Source of the DNA: Candidatus Fraserbacteria bacterium
GTDB lineage: Bacteria > Bipolaricaulota > Bipolaricaulia > RBG-16-55-9 > JAJCYT01
DNA length: 64,000 nt
Assembly: GCA_029262795.1 (NCBI GenBank)
Contig: JAJCYT010000035.1
Span: forward strand, 4,202-68,201
Direction: 5' to 3'
A model generated the notes under the pieces. It was not told the origin of the DNA. It searched no databases and saw nothing but the letters and a program-made list of their open reading frames with translations. Positions within the stretch are counted from its first letter, which is position 1; every line of letters begins with the position of its first letter. Shown piece after piece: positions 57,920 through 64,000 of the stretch. A program made the position numbers and the translations under genes.

Positions 57920-58351
57920 CTAGAAAAAATTGAACACCACGTGCCCTTGCACACCATCCACACCAGAAGTGAATTGATACCAAAGCGTCGCCGCCGTTTG
58001 CTCACAGACACTGACGGGCAACCACTCGGTCACCCACATCAGTTTTGATACAGCTTGGCGAGCCCACTGAACCGTGGTTTGATTTAGGGGGTGGACACAG
58101 CCTGATAAAGCCAAGGACAAATCCACCACTTCATGGTCAACATGCAATTGAAGTTCGACCTGAATTTTGATCACCACATCGCGTGTTTCCATGATATTGA
58201 TGTCGGCCAAATGTTGGCCGTACATCGTAACCACTGGCCAGGAACCAAGTTGAGTTGGCGGTGCATCCGAAGCAGCTGGCCTGGTGCATCCAAGCAAACT
58301 GAGGATGAGGGCAATCAGCCATACGAAGTGGCATTGCTTCCAAACATTCAT
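57920..58351 (-). CDS. Hypothetical lipoprotein
   Basis: Hydrophobic signal with lipobox LLGC. Confidence 0.5.
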   Translation of the reverse strand: MNVWKQCHFVWLIALILSLLGCTRPAASDAPPTQLGSWPVVTMYGQHLADINIMETRDVVIKIQVELQLHVDHEVVDLSLALSGCVHPLNQTTVQWARQAVSKLMWVTEWLPVSVCEQTAATLWYQFTSGVDGVQGHVVFNFF

Positions 58352-58451
58352 AAACAAAAGCTTAGAGTGAGACGATGAGGTTCTGGATGGCGTCCCATGA
58401 AAATTGGAATAACGCATACAATAGGGCGTAAAGTAAAACGAAAGGGAACGC

Positions 58452-58589
58452 ATGGATACAATATTTTTTCTCTATATCGCAGGTTGGGGTGTGGCTATTT
58501 TGGTGGGAGCCGTGTTGTTGGTTAAAGCATTGAAAGACCGCATCAAAAACGATGAAGACACTTATTACGATAAAAAGGTCAAAAAGTAA
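58452..58589 (+). CDS. 45-aa single-TM protein (below the ORF-track cutoff)
   Basis: MDTIFFLYIAGWGVAILVGAVLLVKALKDRIKNDEDTYYDKKVKK; SD aaggga; stop adjoins the SD of the next gene. Confidence 0.65.
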   Translation: MDTIFFLYIAGWGVAILVGAVLLVKALKDRIKNDEDTYYDKKVKK

Positions 58590-58598
58590 AGGAGCCTT

Positions 58599-58919
58599 AT
58601 GCTCATTACCACGCAGGACAACTTTAAAGAATTTGAGGTCACTGAAACCCTAGGGCTGGTTCGAGGCAACACCATCCGCGCTCGCCACATCGGCAAAGAC
58701 ATCATGGCTGGCCTGCGCACTATCGTTGGCGGCGAAATCCCCGAATACACCAAAATGATGGCCGAATCCCGAGAACAGGCGCTGGATAGAATGATGGCTG
58801 AAGCCAAGCAAGCGGGGGCAGATGGTATCGTCGCTGTTCGTTTTGTCACGGCGCCAGTCATGCAAGGTGCAGCAGAGTTGCTCGCTTATGGGACGGCGGT
58901 AAGGCTTCAAAAGAAGTAA
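58599..58919 (+). CDS. YbjQ/UPF0145 family protein
   Basis: LGLVRG, IVGGE, REQAL, AYGTAV. Confidence 0.93.
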   Translation: MLITTQDNFKEFEVTETLGLVRGNTIRARHIGKDIMAGLRTIVGGEIPEYTKMMAESREQALDRMMAEAKQAGADGIVAVRFVTAPVMQGAAELLAYGTAVRLQKK

Positions 58920-59029
58920 GATTTTCCAGTTGTATTTGAGCTTCATTAATTGATTGCATCTTTGAGTCAAATATCGTAGATTACGTCCATTGCAAGGGTG
59001 GATAAACCTGTTGCTCAGGAGGCAATCGA

Positions 59030-59671
59030 TTGCTTTATGCATTTCCACAGCTTTATGAATGGTCACTGAAAAAGCTGCATGGACCAGATCTAAAAAAACG
59101 CTTTGACATCATTTCATCGGCGATTGGCCAGAACCAAGTATTGGATATCGCTTGTGGTACAGGCATGTTGGCAGAATATCTGGACCCCAAGGCCGAGTAT
59201 CAGGGCATTGATCTGAACAAACGCTTTTTGAAGTATTCAGCGCAAAAAGGGCTCAATGTATCGCGGATGGATGTGTTTGACTTCCAACAGTATCCGGAAG
59301 CCGATACTTATGTGGTTTGTGATTTATTACACCATATTATGCCAAACCATCAGAAACTGTTGAAAAATATCTTGGCATTCGGCAAAAATGTAATCGTCTG
59401 CGAGCCTGCTGTGCCCAACAAATCGAAGCTGCGTCGCTTTGTGGTGCGGGGCATTTTGGACAATGATTTTATCAATCCGCCTCGTTTGGACTTGGACTGG
59501 TATACTGAAACAGAATTGGTCCAGTTTTATAAAGAAACGCTCGATCCCACGGAGATCATTAAAGTTGGAGAAGATATCATTGCCATCAAACAGGTAGCCA
59601 AATCTGCCAAACCTGAAGATGTTCATAACAAGTCACTCAGCGATATTTCTCCTGTTTCAACCAACGCTTGA
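59030..59671 (+). CDS. Class I SAM-dependent methyltransferase
   Basis: VLDIACGTG, GIDLN, LLHH; SD aggagg. Confidence 0.85.
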   Translation: MLYAFPQLYEWSLKKLHGPDLKKRFDIISSAIGQNQVLDIACGTGMLAEYLDPKAEYQGIDLNKRFLKYSAQKGLNVSRMDVFDFQQYPEADTYVVCDLLHHIMPNHQKLLKNILAFGKNVIVCEPAVPNKSKLRRFVVRGILDNDFINPPRLDLDWYTETELVQFYKETLDPTEIIKVGEDIIAIKQVAKSAKPEDVHNKSLSDISPVSTNA

Positions 59672-59774
59672 ATTTTATTTCATTAGGATTTTACATAAAA
59701 GTTATCGTTGAAATCCAAACTTCAATGTCGTATCAATTTTGAGAATACGAACTGAACATCAACAAAGGTGGCAC

Positions 59775-60986
59775 ATGATGGCAAAACAGAAGCTTTTGGG
59801 GCTTATTCTGTGTGGCTTGGGTGCTATGCTTGTGGGGTGTGGCGAAACTGCACCGATCGAAGTGGATGTTGTGTTTTATAAAGATGTGTTGTTTGCCGAA
59901 ATTAAAACGGACCAGGTTTGTTTGGGGCTGGAAACAAACACATTTCGCTGTGACTCAATGACCGCTTTTACAGATGATCGAACCATGAAACATGCTGTGG
60001 CACTGGGAGATATTGATGGAGACGGCGATATGGATGCTGTGTTTGCCAGTGATGTGATACGAGCAGACGATGACCATTTTGCATGTCTTAACAATGGCAC
60101 TGGTCGATTTGAATGTATCACCTTTTTTGCCGATGGTCATTTCAGTGAAGATGTGGCACTGGGAGATATTGACAGGGATGGCGACCTTGATGCCGTAATG
60201 CCCACCCGTATTCTCGATCCAGAAAGTGACATCAAACATGATTACAATCGTATCTGTTTGGGCGATGGACGAGGCCGTTTCGGTTGTCAGCGATTGAGTG
60301 ATGACCTCAATGCCAGCAGAGGGGTCGCTTTGGGGGATGTGGATGCCGATGGTCATCTGGATGCTGTGTTCGCCAATGACAACGAAGATACGTTGTGCCT
60401 GGGCCAAAGCGACACCACTTTTCAATGTCAATTCTTAAGTGAAGATGTTGTTACCAGTAACGGGGTGAGTCTTGGCGATCTCAATGGCGATGGGCGAATG
60501 GATGTTGTCTTTGCGAATTCAAAGCAGAATCAGGTCTGTCTCCAAAATAACAACCTTTCATTCAGCTGCAAAAATGTTGAAAACAATGAAGATCATAGCA
60601 CTGAAGTCGCATTGGGAGATGTGAACGGAGATGGTCGCCTGGATGCTGTATTTGCAAACGATTGGCGACAGACAAGCAAAGATCCGCCCAGGTTTAAGGA
60701 TGGGGTGCCAAATCGGATTTGCATTGGGGACGGTAAAGGTTCGTTTAATTGTAATCCCATTAGCGAAGATGAATTTTATACCAGTGGTGTGGCATTGGCC
60801 GATATGAATGAAGATGGTCATCTGGATGCTGTGTTTTCGAATTTTCGTTCTAATTTAAATGCGACCCAAGGGCAACGAAACCGTGCTTGCTTTGGCAATG
60901 GTCAGGGCCGCTTTCTATGTGTAGATATAAATTCGCAACTAAACTTTAGTCTTGATGTGGCTGTTGGAATTATTAACAATGAATGA
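59775..60986 (+). CDS. FG-GAP/VCBS repeat lipoprotein
   Basis: Lipobox LVGC; repeats VALGDxDGDGxxDAVF. Confidence 0.88.
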   Translation: MMAKQKLLGLILCGLGAMLVGCGETAPIEVDVVFYKDVLFAEIKTDQVCLGLETNTFRCDSMTAFTDDRTMKHAVALGDIDGDGDMDAVFASDVIRADDDHFACLNNGTGRFECITFFADGHFSEDVALGDIDRDGDLDAVMPTRILDPESDIKHDYNRICLGDGRGRFGCQRLSDDLNASRGVALGDVDADGHLDAVFANDNEDTLCLGQSDTTFQCQFLSEDVVTSNGVSLGDLNGDGRMDVVFANSKQNQVCLQNNNLSFSCKNVENNEDHSTEVALGDVNGDGRLDAVFANDWRQTSKDPPRFKDGVPNRICIGDGKGSFNCNPISEDEFYTSGVALADMNEDGHLDAVFSNFRSNLNATQGQRNRACFGNGQGRFLCVDINSQLNFSLDVAVGIINNE

Positions 60987-60993
60987 GGTCAAC

Positions 60994-62178
60994 ATGAATA
61001 TAAATGCTGAATCTTCTAACCCTGAACATTCTCCCAAGCGGTCGGGTTGGATTATTACAAGTGTGATTTTGGTTGGCCTTGTGGTGTTTGCTGTGGTGAT
61101 GTGGCAGTTGTCTTATCAGTATGCCTTTCACTCACCCCAAACTTTGGTCAATACGCATGTGGTGTTTGCGGGCCCGCAAACCAACAGAATTTGCGGAGGT
61201 AAAGATTTTTTAAATTTGTTTTCCTGGGTAGCCTGCGACAACATTGGCCCACGCAAAACGGACAGCATTTCTTTGGCTGTTGGAGATTTAAACAATGATG
61301 GCCTAATGGATGCTGTGTTGGGTAATTTCTCAGCATCAAAAAATATTGAGGTTCACGTTTGCCTTGGTACAAGGCAGGGACGATCTGTATGTCATGCGAT
61401 TGTCGGTTTGAATGACATCACCTGGGATGTGGTGCTGGGAGACCTCAACTCAGATGGCAATCAGGATGGTGTGTTTGCATTGGATGGTGGACGAATTTAC
61501 ATCTGTCTGGGCGATGGCGCAGGATCATTTTCCTGCGAGGAAAATGATCAAGACATCACCCGTGAAGTAAGCGAAGTGGTCTTGGGCGACCTCAATGGAG
61601 ATGGGTATCTGGATGCAATATTGGGTAGTTCAAGTAAAAATAATCTGGCCTGCCTTGGCAACAATCAAGGGAATCTCAACTGTGATTACATTCTTGGAAC
61701 CAATGCAGACACTGACGATATAGCACTCGGGCATTTAAACAATGACGAACACCTTGATGTTGTGTTTGTCAACAAAACTGCCCATCAGATTTGTTTGAAT
61801 GATGGACAGGCCACCTTTAGTTGTCAGGCAATGACATCTGGAAATATTACCGCCCGTGCCGTGGCCTTGGCAGATATCAATAACGATGATGTGGTCGATG
61901 CTGTATTTGCTGCTGAATCCGTTACTTTTTGCCTCAGCGATGGACCGGATCAACCTTTTTACTCAAATCCGTGTCAGCAAATTGCACCGCTGAACGACAT
62001 TTTTCACAACGATGTGGCATTGGGAGATGTAAACAACGATGGGCAACTAGATGCGGTTTTTAGCGGGTTGCCGAATTCCGTTTGTTTAAGCATCCATCTG
62101 AAAGATTTTTCCTGTCAGCAAATCAGTCCGTTTAACAATCTGACACGCGTTGTCGCATTGTGGCAGATTGTTCCTTAA
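60994..62178 (+). CDS. Membrane-anchored FG-GAP/VCBS repeat protein
   Basis: N-terminal TM; repeats LGDLNxDGxxD. Confidence 0.88.
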   Translation: MNINAESSNPEHSPKRSGWIITSVILVGLVVFAVVMWQLSYQYAFHSPQTLVNTHVVFAGPQTNRICGGKDFLNLFSWVACDNIGPRKTDSISLAVGDLNNDGLMDAVLGNFSASKNIEVHVCLGTRQGRSVCHAIVGLNDITWDVVLGDLNSDGNQDGVFALDGGRIYICLGDGAGSFSCEENDQDITREVSEVVLGDLNGDGYLDAILGSSSKNNLACLGNNQGNLNCDYILGTNADTDDIALGHLNNDEHLDVVFVNKTAHQICLNDGQATFSCQAMTSGNITARAVALADINNDDVVDAVFAAESVTFCLSDGPDQPFYSNPCQQIAPLNDIFHNDVALGDVNNDGQLDAVFSGLPNSVCLSIHLKDFSCQQISPFNNLTRVVALWQIVP

Positions 62179-62213
62179 ACTGAAATTCATCACTGCGTAT
62201 GAGGCGTCTTTGC

Positions 62214-64000
62214 ATGAGTCGATATCATCTGTTTATTCATGGTCTTCGGTTGTCGGTTATTTTCTTGTCTTGTCTGTTGTCAATTGGCTTAGGGCAAGTG
62301 GTATTGGATCAACGCAGCAATGGCGTTGATCTTGGTGATGTCAATGGCGATGGTGTATTGGATTTGGTCATTGCCACCAACACTTTCAATTTGGTTTGCC
62401 TTGGAGACCCAACTCTAAAACGTATCACAAGATCACAATGCGATTCGGTAAGCGAATCTGTGCTGAAAAGCAATGACGTTGCATTGGGCGATCTCAATGA
62501 AGACGGTCACCTCGATGCGGTATTTGCCAATGGTGATCGCAGTGAACCACAGCGAAACCGTGTTTGCCTTGGGGATGGTTCAGGTGATTTTACCTGTTTG
62601 TTGGTGGATTCAGGCATCCGAACTTCTCAAGCCGTGGCGTTGGGGGATTTGAATCGTGATGGTCATTTGGATGCCGTGTTTGCCAACGATTCCTTATTAA
62701 TCCGCACACCCAACCATATCTGCTTCGGGGATGGAAGCAATCGACCTTTTTCAGATGATCGCTGCGAAATTTTTGGCGATGACATTTCTCGCAGTCGCGA
62801 TGTGGCGTTGGGAGATGTGAATAGGGATGGTCGTCTCGATGTATTGTTTGTTGGCATAAACGCGCGGCAACTCTGTACAAACAATCGAAATGGCGGCTTT
62901 AACTGCAACAATATTTCAACCGATACGCTAACAACCCAGGCAGTGTTTTTGCGTGATCTGAATAAGGATGGTCAACTTGATGTCATCTTTGCTGTTGAAG
63001 GTGCTCCCAATGAAGTTTGTTTAGGCAATGGCACCAGGGCTTTTGCGTGTGAAATAATTGATCCCTTGGTGTCTAATGGAACAGGCATTGATGTTAGCGA
63101 TCTGAACAATGATGGTCAATTGGATATCATTTTTTCCAGTCGAGCGGCCTCAAGAAGTAATGTAGAACGAAATCGAGTGTGCTTCGGAAACGGGCATGCG
63201 ACCTTTCAATGTGACATGCTGGAAGGTGATGATGATGGGGGCAATGACGTTGCATTGGGTGATGTGAACCAAGATGGCAGATTGGATGCTGTGTTTGCGC
63301 GTGCCATCTCATTTGCCGATTCTGCAGATAGGGTTTGTTTTGGAAATGGCAATCCCCAGCCTTTTGTAGCTATTAAATGCAACTTGATTGGATCAGATGC
63401 CATTGACAGCCGTGCGGTGGCTATTAAAGATGTTAATGCAGATGGTCACCAGGATATTGTTTTGGCCAACAACAATGGCCGAAACTGGTTGTGCTTGGGG
63501 CATGGAAAAGGTGATTTCTTCAACAATCTTAGCGAATGTGAGGATATTAGCGTTCAGGTAGACGACAGTCTTGGCGTGGCAATTGCGGATATTAATAATG
63601 ACGGTTCCCAAGATGTTGTATTTGCCAATGGAAATTTCAATGGTCAACAAAATGAAATTTGTTTTGGCATATCGGTAGCTCAATTTTCAGCAGAAAACTG
63701 TGTGAATGTGAGCAATGATGCTTTTGGTAGCGAATCCGTTAAGTTAATTGATATCAATACCGATGGGCTATTGGATTTGATTTTCTTTAATCCCAGTTCA
63801 ATTGACCAACATCGACTGTGTCTGAATCAGACAACGGAGTTTTCCTGTGAAAACATCGGCCTTGATGATGATCGAGAAGCAGCATTTGCAGATCTGAATA
63901 ACGATGGGCAAATAGATGTTGTGGTTGATGCCGATATGCAGCATCAGGTTTGCCTTGGCAACGGATCACTTGAGTTGATTGAACCATCCCGTTGTCAATC
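62214..64000 (+). CDS. FG-GAP/VCBS repeat protein running off the window end (absent from ORF track)
   Basis: MSRYHLFIHGLRLSVIFLSCLLSIGLGQ...LGDVNGDGVLD; the same frame still reads ADLNNDGQID near 63890. Confidence 0.85.
   Translation, partial: MSRYHLFIHGLRLSVIFLSCLLSIGLGQVVLDQRSNGVDLGDVNGDGVLDLVIATNTFNLVCLGDPTLKRITRSQCDSVSESVLKSNDVALGDLNEDGHLDAVFANGDRSEPQRNRVCLGDGSGDFTCLLVDSGIRTSQAVALGDLNRDGHLDAVFANDSLLIRTPNHICFGDGSNRPFSDDRCEIFGDDISRSRDVALGDVNRDGRLDVLFVGINARQLCTNNRNGGFNCNNISTDTLTTQAVFLRDLNKDGQLDVIFAVEGAPNEVCLGNGTRAFACEIIDPLVSNGTGIDVSDLNNDGQLDIIFSSRAASRSNVERNRVCFGNGHATFQCDMLEGDDDGGNDVALGDVNQDGRLDAVFARAISFADSADRVCFGNGNPQPFVAIKCNLIGSDAIDSRAVAIKDVNADGHQDIVLANNNGRNWLCLGHGKGDFFNNLSECEDISVQVDDSLGVAIADINNDGSQDVVFANGNFNGQQNEICFGISVAQFSAENCVNVSNDAFGSESVKLIDINTDGLLDLIFFNPSSIDQHRLCLNQTTEFSCENIGLDDDREAAFADLNNDGQIDVVVDADMQHQVCLGNGSLELIEPSRCQ

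Noticed and set aside
54000-59000. Intact prophage around terL
   Set aside because: No integrase, portal, capsid, tail or lysis genes were recognised; neighbours are cellular genes.
1-64000. tRNA, rRNA, tmRNA, RNase P, CRISPR arrays and IS elements; many short overlapping ORFs in the track
   Set aside because: No diagnostic motifs were seen by eye (a tRNAscan/Infernal run would be definitive). The short ORFs overlap better-supported genes.

Overview
Gene-dense bacterial chromosomal window of mostly accessory and housekeeping genes. No rRNA, tRNA, CRISPR array or transposase was recognised. A dockerin-like tail and the BMP-family protein suggest Bipolaricaulota/Acetothermia, but this is a weak inference. 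Ordinary content includes transporters (CDF, MFS, MscS, ChrAB, a LacI-controlled alpha-glucoside ABC system with a GH13), many hydrolases, GNATs and methyltransferases, a TPR adenylate cyclase, and repeat-rich secreted proteins (LRR, FG-GAP, CAP, VHL-like). The strongest candidate for an undescribed system is at 16.3-20.0 kb. There, a carbohydrate sulfotransferase and a two-domain glycosyltransferase (ppGalNAc-T-like motifs plus GT25) sit next to a PqqD/RRE-fused, twin-arginine-leader protein with mucin-like TTTSAP repeats, which suggests a RiPP-style 'bacterial mucin' glycosylation/sulfation locus. Also notable are a c-di-GMP-I aptamer inside a larger structured RNA with twin ACCUUCAA-loop hairpins (7.3-7.6 kb), an orphan terminase large subunit, a trypsin-endonuclease I fusion, an AHCY paralog with altered catalytic residues, several leaderless genes and two frameshifted genes. 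All calls come from reading motifs by eye; no database search was run.
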